64,000 nt of DNA, from NCBI RefSeq assembly GCF_001194135.2, contig NC_068991.1, positions 72,030,065 to 72,094,064 of the forward strand. Direction: 5' to 3'. The notes below the pieces were generated by a model that worked only from the letters and a program-made list of their open reading frames with translations, had not been told where the DNA came from and made no database searches. The translations under genes were made by a program, and so were the position numbers. How positions within the stretch are numbered: the stretch's first letter is position 1; every line of letters starts with the position of its first letter. Source of the DNA: Octopus bimaculoides. Its lineage: Eukaryota. This document shows positions 50,869 through 64,000 of the stretch, in pieces.

Positions 50869-52805
50869 TATACTAGTAGCTAGTATTACGTAATTTAATG
50901 TATCCTTCACTTTTTTTTTAAGATGGTGAGACCATGTAAAAAATAGCACTTTCTTCTTTTCATTATTATTTCTCAGTAGTGAAAGATAAAAATTTAACAT
51001 TTTAAATATCTGTAATGTAGTAGATGAATTATTAGTTGTTAGTACACTTGGAGCAGCTGTTATATAAAAAGTATTAGGTGTCAACCAGGTATAAAAGAAC
51101 ACTAGCAAAACACTACAATGATGTGGAGGTGATTAATAATAAAAAGAAATCCATAAAATCAAAATCAAAACTGGACTTTCAATATTTTTCACAATTACAC
51201 TAGTACATGGTAGCATGTATTGAAGCTTGGTATGAAATACTAATAACAGAATGCTCCAGCATCAAGCAGAAAACAAACAAACCAATCAAGAGAGAAATCT
51301 AATTGATTATAAGTCACTTCAATTAATTGCTATGGACCCCAAAATTATTAAGATAATCTGTGTAATCTACACGGTAGTCATTAACAGTTAAGAAAATGAG
51401 CAGCAATAACCTCATAGCTACAATATGGACACATTTTCAAGAGGAATGAAATATTTTCTTAAATTTTGAAAAGTAACCAATAAAGAGAAGAAAGATTTCC
51501 ATGGGATATTAAATTACTTGATACACACACACACACTGTCCATGTTCCATCGGTTGGACAGTTTGGCAGCATTTTTCAGATCCAAACACAGCATCAAACC
51601 CCAATCTCTTCTTTGGCATGGTTTCTGTGGTTGGGTGTTCTTCCTAAAGCCAAATCAATTTTACAGCATGTGCTAGGTACGTTTACCATGGAGCCAGCAC
51701 TAGTAAAGTTGCCACATAGTTGGCAAGACTAAGATCCCCTTTGATTGAGTGGGGCAAGAGTAAAGAGAGAAGGTAACTATGGGATGAAGATATAAAGTGT
51801 GAGAATGAGGGAGCAGAGCAGAACGGATTTCTTGCTGCAGAGGAGCTACATAGCTACTTACATTATAAAGAAAGATAGATAGATAGATATGCTAGATTGA
51901 GGTTATTTTAAAGCAAATTTCAGAATAATAATGAATTATTTACCAATTGGGGGATTCAATACTGAGAGTAAAGTCAAATTTATTATAATCTATGTTGGTT
52001 GGTTCTTTAAATTTTGCTTGGTATCTTTTTCAACTGAATTAGTTTAATAAGCTACCAGGTGAAATAAAGTCCCAGAAGTCTCAAGCAACACAGACTATAT
52101 ATATATATATATATATATATNNNNNNNNNNNNNNNNNNNNNNNNNNNNNNNNNNNNNNNNNNNNNNNNNNNNNNNNNNNNNNNNNNNNNNNNNNNNNNNN
52201 NNNNNNNNNNNNNNNNNNNNNNNNNNNNNNNNNNNNNNNNNNNNNNNNNNNNNNNNNNNNNNNNNNNNNNNNNNNNNNNNNNNNNNNNNNNNNNNNNNNN
52301 NNNNNNNNNNNNNNNNNNNNNNNNNNNNNNNNNNNNNNNNNNNNNNNNNNNNNNNNNNNNNNNNNNNNNNNNNNNNNNNNNNNNNNNNNNNNNNNNNNNN
52401 NNNNNNNNNNNNNNNNNNNNNNNNNNNNNNNNNNNNNNNNNNNNNNNNNNNNNNNNNNNNNNNNNNNNNNNNNNNNNNNNNNNNNNNNNNNNNNNNNNNN
52501 NNNNNNNNNNNNNNNNNNNNNNNNNNNNNNNNNNNNNNNNNNNNNNNNNNNNNNNNNNNNNNNNNNNNNNNNNNNNNNNNNNNNNNNNNNNNNNNNNNNN
52601 NNNNNNNNNNNNNNNNNNNNNNNNNNNNNNNNNNNNNNNNNNNNNNNNNNNNNNNNNNNNNNNNNNNNNNNNNNNNNNNNNNNNNNNNNNNNNNNNNNNN
52701 NNNNNNNNNNNNNNNNNNNNNNNNNNNNNNNNNNNNNNNNNNNNNNNNNNNNNNNNNNNNNNNNNNNNNNNNNNNNNNNNNNNNNNNNNNNNNNNNNNNN
52801 NNNNN

Positions 52806-52841
<36 letters not shown>

Positions 52842-54149
52842 TATTAAAATGTCATATCTCTTTTACAATTTCATCTGATAATAGTGAAATTTGAGAATAA
52901 AAAAAGAGGGGTTTTTAAAGTAGAAAATAGAAAAAGTACTACAAATATACTAAAAAGTAATAAAATTATTTAACATCGACCAAAGAGAGATTGGGAATGA
53001 AATCTGTCTGGACTTGACACTAAAATTTCAGGAAGCATTTTTTTTAATGGTTGAAGAAGTATAGTTATTAATCTAAATTACAAAATTATGAACACACTAA
53101 TTATGAATGATAGATAAATAATCTGACTCAAATTCTGCACTGATTTTAGAATAGTTTAAAACAAAAGGCAAAAATAAAACAGCAAATAAAAGTGAAGGAA
53201 ACAGAAGTGAGAGAAACTAAGGCTAGTGAAACTAAGTGGTGTATTTTGCCACAAATAACAAACAATTGAATACAGTCGGGGGAAAATTATGGCTAAGTGA
53301 CAACAAACCGATGTGACCACAAACAAAAGACAAACAGACAGACACATAAACTACCTATATTTGAAACTATGAAATAGTCATGTAAGAAACAGGCTAGAAT
53401 ATATTTGATAATAAAATATTCAAAATATTTACTGTTATGGCTTAGCCAGAGGAGGAAGGGTAGAACACATGCATAACCTTTTTATCAAAAGCACTGAGAT
53501 TTAGTGAGTTATACAAAGACTGAAGATGTAACCTGAAGCTTATAACAGTGGACTCTTCCAGAGGTAGCCAAAGGCTAGGTGGTAAACTGATTAAGCTGAC
53601 CAATACAAAAACAAGAATGGACCTAGAACCATGTGGTTGGGAAGCAAGCTTCTTACTACCAAAATATATATATATTTATTTATTTTCAGCACATGACATG
53701 ATGGAATTATGTGTCATATTTTCAACTAGAAACTCTCTAAAGTTGTTCTTGTTCATCTCAAGATAAACTCCAGCCTAGTAGACTTATGATCAAATGTATT
53801 TCAGTTGTAATCACCCGCTCTCCACATGGTTGGGTTTTATTTATTTTATAGATTTCAGACAGTGTATCTAGGACAACAGTATTGAATGTAGCCTTCCTAA
53901 TTTTAAAGCGGCAAGGGTATAATCTGTGCGCCATTGGTTGCTAGTTCATACAAATCAAGCAATGATTGGTAATGTAGACATCCGGTACATTGCAATTACA
54001 ATGTAATATAAGCTAATTAAACAACATCAGTTTTTACTTATTTCATATTTAATGACTGCTTGAAACTGATATGTTTGAGTTGTGTTAAATTTTCTAATAG
54101 ATCATCTGAAGTATATACTTGAGAATATTTTCATCATTATTATTATTGT

Positions 54150-55406
54150 TATTATTATTACATTATGTTCTGAGTTCAAGTTCCACCAAGGTCAACTTCA
54201 CCTTTCATCCTTTCAGGGTTGATAAAATGAATACCAGTTGTGTACTAGGACCAATAGACTTTTCCCACTTCCCTGAAATTGCTGGCCTTGTGCCAAAATT
54301 TGAAATCATTATTATCATAGTTATTACACAAGGTGGCAAGCTTGCAGAATCATCAGGGAATCTTACAAAATTTCTTGCAATATTTCTTCCAGTCCTTTAC
54401 GTTCTGAGTTCAAATCCTGCTGAGGTCAGCATTGCTTTTCATCCCTCTCATGTCAATAAAATATAGTATCAGTCAAGCACTGGAGTTGCTAGAATCACCT
54501 GACGCCTCCTCCTCAAACTTGCTGGCCTTGTGCTTAAATCAGAAGCTATTATTATTATTATTATTGTTGTTGTTATTACTATTGAATGCGAGAGCAGTGC
54601 ATGCCTTCAAAGTGACGCTAGGACATAAATATACCCCTCATGATTAGCCATCTGATAAGGGTACACCAAGCACATGCATCACAACACCATGTGTACAACA
54701 AGGTGTTTTCATATCAAGATAAACAGGGCATGACCTTGTAGGTGGGACCCAATTAGAATTTTCTTCAGTTCAAGTAACCTTGCTGAAGAGGTCCCTGAAT
54801 AAAGCTGATGAACAAAACACCCATATTTCCAGAGGTGAATTATTCAAACCCCAAAGAATTCCTCTCGACATATAGCTATGACGCTCCCCCACTATTCCTG
54901 CTAGTCAGCCACTAAGGGACATGCTCAACTGTTTAAGGTCAAACAACTGACAAGCAAGTCCATCTTCCACACCAAGACAAAACATGTACATAACACTTCT
55001 GACCAGTTAAGATTGGAAGCCATGAGAGCCTACAAAGGTGATAAATTGGCAGAATTGTTAGTGTTTGAGTATTTCTTCAGGCTCTTTACAGTTTAAGTTC
55101 ATATTTCAATGAGGTCAGCTGTCATCCTTGAGGACATGATAAAATAAACGCACAGTCAAGTACTAGGGTAGAGCAAAGCTGTTGGTATTGACAAATTCTA
55201 ACCCACAAAATTACTGTCTTTTTACCTATATTAGAAATCTTGTTATTGTTAAAATCATTGGCGCATCAGACAAAATGCTTAGTTCAAATTCCACTGACGT
55301 TGACACTGTTTTTCATTCTTTCAGGGTCATTGAAACCAGTACCAGTTGAGCGCTAGGGGTCGATGTAATTGTTTATGACCCCCTAATTGATTACACCAAC
55401 CGCAGG

Positions 55407-55447
<41 letters not shown>

Positions 55448-55900
55448 GGCAGTGAGCTGGTAGAAATGTTAGCATGCCAGACAAAAATGTCTAGTGGTAT
55501 TTGTTTCAACTTTACATTCTGAGTTCAAACTCTGCTGGGGTTGACTACCTTTCATCTTTTAGGGGTTGATAAAATACCAGTTGAGCACAAGGGTCAATGT
55601 AATTGACTATTCATTCTGTAAAAACTGCTGGTCTTGTGCCAAAATTTTCAACATTCTTCTTCTTCTTCTTATTATTATTATTAAGGCAGCAAGCTTGCAG
55701 AATCGTTAGCTTGCTGGGCAAAATGCTTAGCAGCATTTCATCTGTCTTTATGTTCTGAGTTCAAATTCTGCCAAGGTCGACTTTGCCTTTCATCCTTTTG
55801 GGGTTGATAAATTAAAGTATCAGTGAAACACTGGGGATCAATGTAATTGGCTAGTCCCCTCCTACAAAATTTCAGCCCTTGTGCCTTTAGTAGAAAGGAT
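54150..55900 (+). mobile_element. Cluster of at least five same-orientation SINE family A copies interleaved with (ATT)n, plus an unclassified insert (about 54590-55040)
   Basis: Repeated tctgagttcaa...gtc(a/g)ac...catcc...gggttgataaa blocks at about 54165, 54400, 55280, 55445 and 55685. Confidence 0.8.
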
Positions 55901-57201
55901 AATTATTATTATTATTATTATTCAAATAATTTCAAATTAAAACTTCAGTGAACCTATTAGCTCTTTCTGTGTGCATATGATCATTAATAAAATGTGCCGA
56001 CACAATCTAGTGTACACAGACAACAGAACGTCTACAAAGAAACACAAGATTTTTGAAATTGGGTTTAAAACTGAAAACAAAAAGATAGTACACATATAAA
56101 CCACCAGTAACTCAATAAAATTGTAACTGGAATATTTCTCAGTACACATGGAGTGAGTGATTTTATAAACATACCATAATTTCTGGCTTTAAGTCTATGG
56201 ACAGTGAGTGAAAAGCTTGGGGGCCGACTAATAAGATAAACTGACTTTGTGAATGTGCAGAGTAATTTCTAAATAATGTTGGAGTGGTAGGAGAGAACAT
56301 CAAGAGATGGTGTACAGAAAAGAGGAAAAAATAGGGCACCAAGATAAATTAAAATAACTTTATGAACAATGTGGGGTAGTTGTATATCCTACACCACACA
56401 CACCATACATATGAAACATTAACTTTATTATTTAATAACACTGCAGTATGTAATAAAGCAAAAAAGGGATAGGCTATTGAGGATAAAGGAAGCTTGAGAA
56501 AACAGAAGTGGTATTGGTGTATGATGAGAGTGAAAGGTGAGAATATATTTCAAATACTTGAGTAGGGATAAAAAAAGTGTTAAAAAAAAAGACATTTATT
56601 TCATAGGAAGAAGTTTTATTGTCCAAACTTGACTGACCCATAAAGTGGGGGGGGNNNNNNNNNNNNNNNNNNNNNNNNNNNNNNNNNNNNNNNNNNNNNN
56701 NNNNNNNNNNNNNNNNNNNNNNNNNNNNNNNNNNNNNNNNNNNNNNNNNNNNNNNNNNNNNNNNNNNNNNNNNNNNNNNNNNNNNNNNNNNNNNNNNNNN
56801 NNNNNNNNNNNNNNNNNNNNNNNNNNNNNNNNNNNNNNNNNNNNNNNNNNNNNNNNNNNNNNNNNNNNNNNNNNNNNNNNNNNNNNNNNNNNNNNNNNNN
56901 NNNNNNNNNNNNNNNNNNNNNNNNNNNNNNNNNNNNNNNNNNNNNNNNNNNNNNNNNNNNNNNNNNNNNNNNNNNNNNNNNNNNNNNNNNNGGGAGGGGG
57001 GGGGTGCCTTTTTAACTGAGAAAAAAAGACAAGATTAATAAGTGAGTCTTTCAAACATGCAACAAGAATGACTAGAGTACATAATATAAAAAAAAAGTCT
57101 GTCTTCTTGTGACTAAAAATAGTCTTTAATTTTGTATGAACAAAAAATGAGAATTAAAACTAGGACAGAACTTTATAATATAATAAAATTGTTGTTAATA
57201 A

Positions 57202-57442
57202 TATTGGGTTGGTGCATAATTATTGTGGCTTTTTTTTCAACCAAAACAGCAACATGTAACAAAAACATCTTTAAATGATTATTCCGGAGCATATTCACCA
57301 TCTACTTCAATTACTGCTGCCCTAATTTGCTTGGCAGATGGTCAGACCGTCATTTAAAGATGCTTTTGTTAAATATTGTTATTGTTTTTGTTGAATAAAA
57401 TTTGTTGAAAAAAAGTCGCAATAATTATGCACCAACCCAATA
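57202..57442 (-). mobile_element. Mariner MITE with Hsmar1-like TIRs and a transposase C-terminal remnant
   Basis: TA-TTGGGTTGGTGCATAATTATTG ... CAATAATTATGCACCAACCCAA-TA; internal minus-strand AVIEVDGEYAPE*. Confidence 0.9.
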
Positions 57443-57782
57443 GTTTCAAATTTTGGCACAAAGCCAGCAATGTCTGGGAAAGGGGCAGGTCCAGTGTCTG
57501 ACTGGTATTTATCATACTGACCCTGAAAAGATGACAGGCAAAGTCGACCTCAGCAGAATTTGAATTTCAAACGTAAGGACAGACAAAATGCTCACTGGCT
57601 AACGATTGCTAACGATCCTGTCAGCTCCCCACCTTTAAGAAACCTTTCAACGAAAGGCACAAGACCTGGAATTTGGGGGGAAGGGAGCTAGTTAATTACA
57701 TCGGCCCCAGTACGTAACTGGTACTTATTTCATTGACCCTGAAAGGATGAAAGGCAGTCGACCTCCGTAGAATTTGAACTCA
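57443..57782 (-). mobile_element. Two tandem SINE family A copies
   Basis: Family consensus in reverse orientation. Confidence 0.8.
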
Positions 57783-57904
57783 AGTGTCTTCCCAACACTT
57801 AGGGCAAAGATATACATTGATAGGCTATTAAAATGAACATACCAGATTGTTCATTTACAAAGTTGGTGTGGGGGGGAGGAAGAAAAATTTAAAAAAAGAT
57901 TACA

Positions 57905-58040
57905 TCATCATCATCATCGTCGTTTAACATCCGCTTTCCATGCTAGCATGGGTTGAACGATTTGACTGAGGACTGGTGAAACCAGATGGCTACACTAGGC
58001 TCCAATCTGATTTGGCAGAGTTTCTACAGCTGGATGCCCT
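57905..58040 (-). mobile_element. SINE family B 3' part
   Basis: catcatcgtcgtttaacatccgctttccatgctagcatgg. Confidence 0.85.
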
Positions 58041-58773
58041 TCCAAACGCCAACCACTCAGATTACATGGGTCATAATTGTTCTCATAGCAACAATGCTCT
58101 TCTCAATAAGAATGAGTGAGATGACGATGAGGATTTTAAAATGGAATGAGTAGCATAAAAGGAGAGATGGAATCGTGAAATATTAGACCTCAATTGTTAA
58201 TTCTTAATAAACTTGTTATAATATACAATTATAAAATCAACGTTGGTTATAAAATCTGGGGCCAGCTAATCAAAGAAGATTCTTTCCAATGTCTTCTTAA
58301 TTTGGTTCTACTTTCTTTAGATACTGAGATTGCAAATGATGCCTTTTTTTTTGTTTTTGTTCTAATATGGATAATGTTTCTACCATGTGAAACATTATAC
58401 CGGAGGTTGTAAAATAAAATCCACCATTAACTCTCCAATGTTGTTAGATAATAACATTTTACTGGCCTTCTAAGAGAAAAATTAATTAAAAGATAATACA
58501 GGAAAAGTAAAACAAAAAAAAAAAAAAANNNNNNNNNNAAAAAAAAAAAAAAAAAAAAGATAAGCTTAATCCAAGATTATCAAGCCTCACTAATCCCTTC
58601 AGAATAAAAAATAAGCTAAATGAGAATAATACAAGCAAAATTCATAGATATTCATAAATAGGTACAGACATCAGATATCAACCCTATGATTTTGGGTTCA
58701 ACCCCCACCTGTGCTACTTTGGGGAAGTATGTGCCACTGTAGCACCAAACCAACTAATGTCTACTAAGTGAAT

Positions 58774-59099
58774 CCAGACTGGGCGTTGTGAGTGTTTGTT
58801 GAGCAAAAACACCTAAAGCTCCACGAGGCTCCGGCAGGGGATGGTGGCGAACCCTGCTGTACTTTTTTTTTCACCACAACTTTCTCTCACTCTTACTTCC
58901 TGTTTCTGTTGTGCCTGTAATTCAAAGGGTCAGCCTTGTCACACTGTGTCATGCTGAATACCCCCAAGAAATACGTTAAGGGTACACGTGTCTGTGGAGT
59001 GCTCAGCCACTTGCATGTTAATTACACGAGCAGGCTGTTCCGTTGATCAGATCAACTGGAACCCTCAACGTCGTAAGTGACGGAGTGCCAACAACAACA
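58774..59099 (+). mobile_element. 5'-truncated SINE family D abutting a family C remnant
   Basis: Highly similar to 41430-41752. Confidence 0.9.
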
Positions 59100-59672
59100 A
59101 TATATGCACCAACTGTGTAAACAACATGAAATACATAGACAAATGAATTAAATGCATAAACGAGAGAAAAAATGGAAAACAGGACAAGTAAGCACAGAGA
59201 AACGACCCTTCATCAGTTGTCGGCTGTCTATCTACTCCTCATTTCGAACATTCAACGACAATATGAGTCTTCAAAGACAGTTGCTTCCATAAATTCTAAA
59301 ATAAAATTTAGGATTTATGGAGGGTCAAAGTTGGGAATAAAAACAGGACAGTGGAGACGTACAAGGAAACCGAATGAAAACAAACATGGAAGGTCATTAG
59401 ACCAGAATGATAAATTGGCTAGTCGCAATTTAAAACCAAAAGGCATAAGTACAAATGTCACTAAAAGTGACTTCAGGTGTAAGTAGACACCAGCATTACT
59501 AGAAATAAGAGTTAGGACAACTCATCTCTTTTGTCAGCGATAGATAAATGCTCTTGTAACAGAAAAATGTTCTATTTGTGGTTAAGAATTGTTTTAGCTC
59601 TTATTTCTAGCAATGTTGGTGCTTACTTGCATCCTTAGTCACTTTCAGTGACGTTTGTACACGTATATATAT

Positions 59673-60031
59673 AGGGGTGCAAGAGTGGCTGTGTGGTAAG
59701 AATTTTGCTTCCCAACCACATGGTTCTGGGTCCAGTCGTACTGTATGGCACCTTGGGAAAATGTCTTTTACCATAGCCCTGGGCCAATGAAAACGAATGG
59801 ATTTAGTAGGGATTTATTTACAGGGACGTAAATAAACCAACACCCATCATCAAGCAATGGTGGAGGACAAACACAGATACAAAAACACACACACGGACTT
59901 CTTTCAGTTTCCGTCAACTAAATCAACTCACAAAGGCTATACTAGAAGACACTTGCCCAAGGTGCCACGCAGTGAGACTGAACCCGGGGCTATGTGGTTG
60001 GGAAGCAAGTTTCTTACCCACAGCCATACCT
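59673..60031. mobile_element. Inverted tail-to-tail pair of SINE family C (59673-59810 plus, 59898-60031 minus)
   Basis: ccaaccacatggttctgggtccagtc...ggcaccttggg versus cccaaggtgccacgcagtgagactgaaccccggggctatgtggttggg. Confidence 0.8.
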
Positions 60032-60736
60032 GCACGTATATATGTATACATTTATGTTTTACTTGTTTTAGTCATTGGACTGTGGTCATGCTGGGGCACC
60101 ACATTGAAGGGTTTTAGTTGAACAAATTGACTCCAGTAGTTATGTTCTTTGAAGTGTGGTAGTCATTCTAACAGTCACTTTTGCCAAACTGCTAGAGTTA
60201 TGGGGACATAAGCAAACCAACATCGGCTGCCAAGTGCTGGGGATGTGCAACAAAGATACACACACACAGACAGGCTTCCACACAGTTTCCATCGACCAAG
60301 CTCACTCACAAAGCATTGGTTGATGCTGGACCGTAATAGAAGACTCTTGCCCCAAAGTATTGCATAATGGAGTTTGAACCCAAAACCACATGGTTGCAAA
60401 GTGAGCTACTTAATCACAGTCATAGCTGTGCCTACATTATGTTAATCTATATTTGACAAACATCATCGATTTTTCTTTTTTGTTTAGTTGTTATACTGAA
60501 GTGTGTATGTGTGTGTGTATATGCAATTATATTAGTGTTTATATCAAGTTGTATATAAAAAAAAAAAACAAATTAACATGAAACTGAAAGGTTATTCAAT
60601 AATTTTTAGTAGAAAACAGAATTATTAACTTCTATAAGGAAAAGGTCGAGATTGACAATGACTTCAAAGTTTTGACTTGTATCCTTTATCAGGCTGTCAA
60701 CCTCAGCCCTTTCTTTGTAAGAGTGTGTATGTGTGC

Positions 60737-60780
<44 letters not shown>

Positions 60781-62965
60781 TATACACACATATAGGTTTG
60801 GTAATACAAACAAGAAAAATGTAACTCAACAGTGTGTGTGTGTGTGTTTATTTTTATTTCAATCTGCAGAAGTTACAAAGTGATTCAAGGGCTAAGAGTT
60901 TAATGCATGTTTGGTAAGCAAGCCCCACATATGAAACTTTCAGCCCTTGAGTCACTTTGTCTACTGATTAAAATTAAATAGGACTGAATGTACATACGTA
61001 GGTGAGCATACATGTATTCAATCTTATTCTGCAGTCTGCAATTGGATATACATGCCAAAAAAATTTTAAGCAAAGAGAAAATTGCCAATATAATGATACA
61101 CACGAGAGAAGAGAATGTGAGGAACCACCAAATGTAATTTTTCAGATGACCTGTTTTGCTTTGTGAAAAACTTATAAACATAATAATGCAGAATGGAAGA
61201 GACAGGTTAGCCATTCAGAAACATACAAAGACTGTTAACTTCACAAAAACATTTACTGTTTGTAATGTGGTGTCAACATTCTTGTCATCTGAAACTGTGA
61301 TTTTGACACCATATTACAAACAATAAATGTTTAAGTGAAGTTAACATTTCTAAATGGATAACATGTTCTCTTTCATACTGCAATTCGTTTTAGTCTCGGA
61401 TCAGAAGACTTGCCATGCAAGTACATCTCCATGATACAAATATGTACATTAAAATAATAAATAAAGATTTTACTTTCTTTAGAACAATGCGATCAGTCAA
61501 CAAATATTTCTGACAGAAAAAGCTATTTGTTATTTTTTCTCTCTATATGTTATGATGCATGCACAACTTGAAAACTATTGAAAAGAAGAAATATCTTAAG
61601 AATTCAATCAAGCCATCAAATAAATTTTAAACCAGCATAAACCATGGCCTCTTTAACAATTTCAACCATATGAAAATGAATTACAACTCAATAATTCAAT
61701 AATAAAACTCTAAGCTATAAAGAATTCACAGACAGTAAGCCTATCAAGCAATTATTCTCATCATCAGCTGCCTAAAGGATATCACTATGGTTTCGACACC
61801 TGGGCACAACCATTTGGTCTGGCTTCTTTCAGTTCCTGTCTACCAAATCCAAGGCTGTATTGGAAGACACTTGCCCAAGGCACCACACAGAGGAAGTGAA
61901 CCTGAAACCATGCAGTTAGGAAGTGAACTTATTAACGACAAAGCTCAGCTTGCACCTCATAATACACACACACTTCTTTTATTCTTTTGTTTGTTTCAGT
62001 TATTGGACTGCAGCCATGTTGGGGCCACCACTGTGAAGGGCTTAGCTGATCACACCAGTCTGCTATTTATTCCATTGGTCTCTTTTGCTGAACTGCTAAG
62101 TTAAATGCACATGAGCAAACCAACACTGACTGTCGAATTGGGATGTTGGGCATAGTTTGAGTTTACCAACTTCATTCACAAGATACTGGTCACCTCAAGG
62201 TCTTAGAAGAAGGCATTCATCCAAGGGGCCATACAACAGGAGTGAACCAGAAACTATGTGGTTGCAAGGCAAACTTCTTAACCACATGGCCATGCCACAC
62301 ACACACACAATATTCAACAAAGTATATCAGCAAAGGTTTTAAACAGAGGTTAAAAAAATTGAAGAACTAGTAGCACCCTCCTGAACACTCTCATTGTTAG
62401 AAGCCCAGGAGACCACGATTGGCTTATTGGAAATCTGTAGCCAATGACATTGTTCCTAAAATTAGAATTTGCCTCTATCAAGACTAACGAATGTGTGTGT
62501 GTGTGTTTATAGCTTTGTTTCTCTGTACTGACATTATTGTTCAGCTGCCAGAGACAATGTTTACGTTTCTTGTAAACACAAAGGTTCAAAAGCTCAGTAG
62601 TTCATATGAAGTTGTGGAATAAAAGATGTTCTTCAAAACAAGAATTGTAGTCAGGAAGAGCATAAGACCACAAACTATTGCCTTCCCTAGTTTAGTCCGT
62701 CTCATGCCAGCATGGAATAAAGTATGCAGCTGTTATATACTTTTGGGTCTTAGGGGGAGAAAAAATTTTTTTTTTAATTATTCAGAATAAATATACTATA
62801 TACCAAAGTAAAGGACTAGCATTAATGAGAGCCACTACATAAAAATCTATACCTATGTAAAATCATAAAGACTGTTTATACTTCAATAAGTAGGCAAGTG
62901 TGGGTTTGCTTCCCAACCACAGGACTTCTGCTTTGTCTTACTAAGAGGCATCTAAGTCAAGTGTC

Positions 62966-63330
62966 TTCATCGTCGTTTAACGTCCACTTTCCATGCTAGC
63001 ATGGGTTGGATGATTTGACTGAGGACTGGTGGACCAGGAGGCGACACAAGGCTCCAATCTGATTTGACAGAGTTTCTACAGCTGGATGCCCTTCCTAATG
63101 CCAACCACTCTGAGAGTGTAGTGGGTGCTTTTACGTGCCACCGGCACGAGGGCCAGTCAAGCAGTATTGGCGACGGCCATGCTCGAAATGGTGTATTTTA
63201 CATGCCACCTGCACAGGAGCCAGTCCATTGGCACTAGCAACGATCTCGCTCGAATGTCTTTTCACGTGCCACTGGTACAAGTGCCAGGGAGGCGATGTTG
63301 GTAACGATCAACGGCCACACTCGAAATGGT
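62966..63330 (-). mobile_element. SINE family B with internal subrepeats
   Basis: Family tail plus repeated ggccatgctcgaaatggtg blocks. Confidence 0.85.
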
Positions 63331-63666
63331 GTATTTTGTCTTCTAATATCATTCTGAGCTGACCAAAGCTGTGTGTGTGTGTGTGTTTACATCTGCATTC
63401 TACAAAAGCTATGATCATTGTTGTTGCCATGTCTCCTGTCAAGAAATTATCCACTCCTTTGAAGATTTGTGAAATAAAAGATCCTTTACTTGAAAATTAG
63501 GTAAGGGTTAGTGACAGGAAGGGCATGAAGCTGTAAAGCAATGCCTCAATAATACATTTGTCTGGCCCATCCTAGCTTGGAAAAGGAGATGTGAAATGGA
63601 CAAACAACACCAGCAAACTATATGATCCTCAGTATTAATTTACAAAAACTGCTTCACTGAGTTTCC

Positions 63667-63921
63667 ATCATCATCATCATTTAACGTCCACTTTCCATGC
63701 TAGCATGGTTTGGACGATTTGACTGGGGACTGGCGAACCAGAAGGCTACACCAGACACCAATCTGATCTGGCAGAGTTTCTACAGCTGGATGCCCTTCCT
63801 AATGCCAACCACTCCGAGAGTGTAGTGGGTGCTTTTACGTGCCACCGGCACAAGGGCCAGTCTGGCAGTACTGGCAACGGCCATGCTCAAAATGGTGTTT
63901 TTTACGTGCCACCTGCACAAA
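63667..63921 (-). mobile_element. SINE family B
   Basis: Near-identical to 62966-63210. Confidence 0.85.
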
Positions 63922-64000
63922 GCATAATACTAATAGCATTCAATATATCTTAACACGGATATACAATAGAAAGCCACAAAACTGTGGTATTTGTCTAAAG

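Noticed and set aside
59195-59240. Second CTGATGA hammerhead-like motif on the minus strand
   Set aside because: No stem II followed by GAAA could be found; probably a fragment of another repeat.
60606-61214. KERAEV (F-BAR-like) ORF and a 104-aa hydrophobic ORF
   Set aside because: No extended match to F-BAR helices, no convincing splice boundaries, and the ORFs start in or near microsatellites.
41000-64000. PACSIN F-BAR exons (e.g. DL.WW...GPGM.MNWPxFE)
   Set aside because: Searched by eye on the minus strand and not found; presumably outside the window or inside a gap.

Overview
Eukaryotic, AT-rich, microsatellite- and SINE-dense genomic DNA with six N gaps. The repeat repertoire (tRNA-derived SINEs with AAT/GAT tails, mariner and piggyBac-like MITEs, RTE and CR1-like LINE relics) looks like an octopod cephalopod; that is inference. 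Most of the window (about 11-50 kb, minus strand) is the 3' half of a PACSIN/syndapin gene: the post-F-BAR exon, an NPF-bearing linker and a two-exon SH3 domain. I did not find the F-BAR exons in the visible sequence; they lie beyond 64 kb or in a gap. The linker is built from frame-compatible phase-2 cassette exons, several carrying their own NPF motif. It also includes an 8-aa tandem-repeat exon, a 23-nt candidate microexon that is frame-incompatible with the main post-F-BAR exon, and an about 820-nt Pro/Gly/Met-repeat exon whose TGA sits 10 nt before a consensus splice donor. A convergent plus-strand gene ends at about 3.9 kb with a KDEL-like C-terminus (KVEL). Other features are a roughly 440-bp fold-back SINE dimer with a hammerhead-like core, a SINE-tail-derived 48-bp minisatellite, nested TE insertions and a decayed mariner transposase. 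All exon calls come from manual reading of splice signals and translation; none is confirmed by transcript data, and TE boundaries are approximate.
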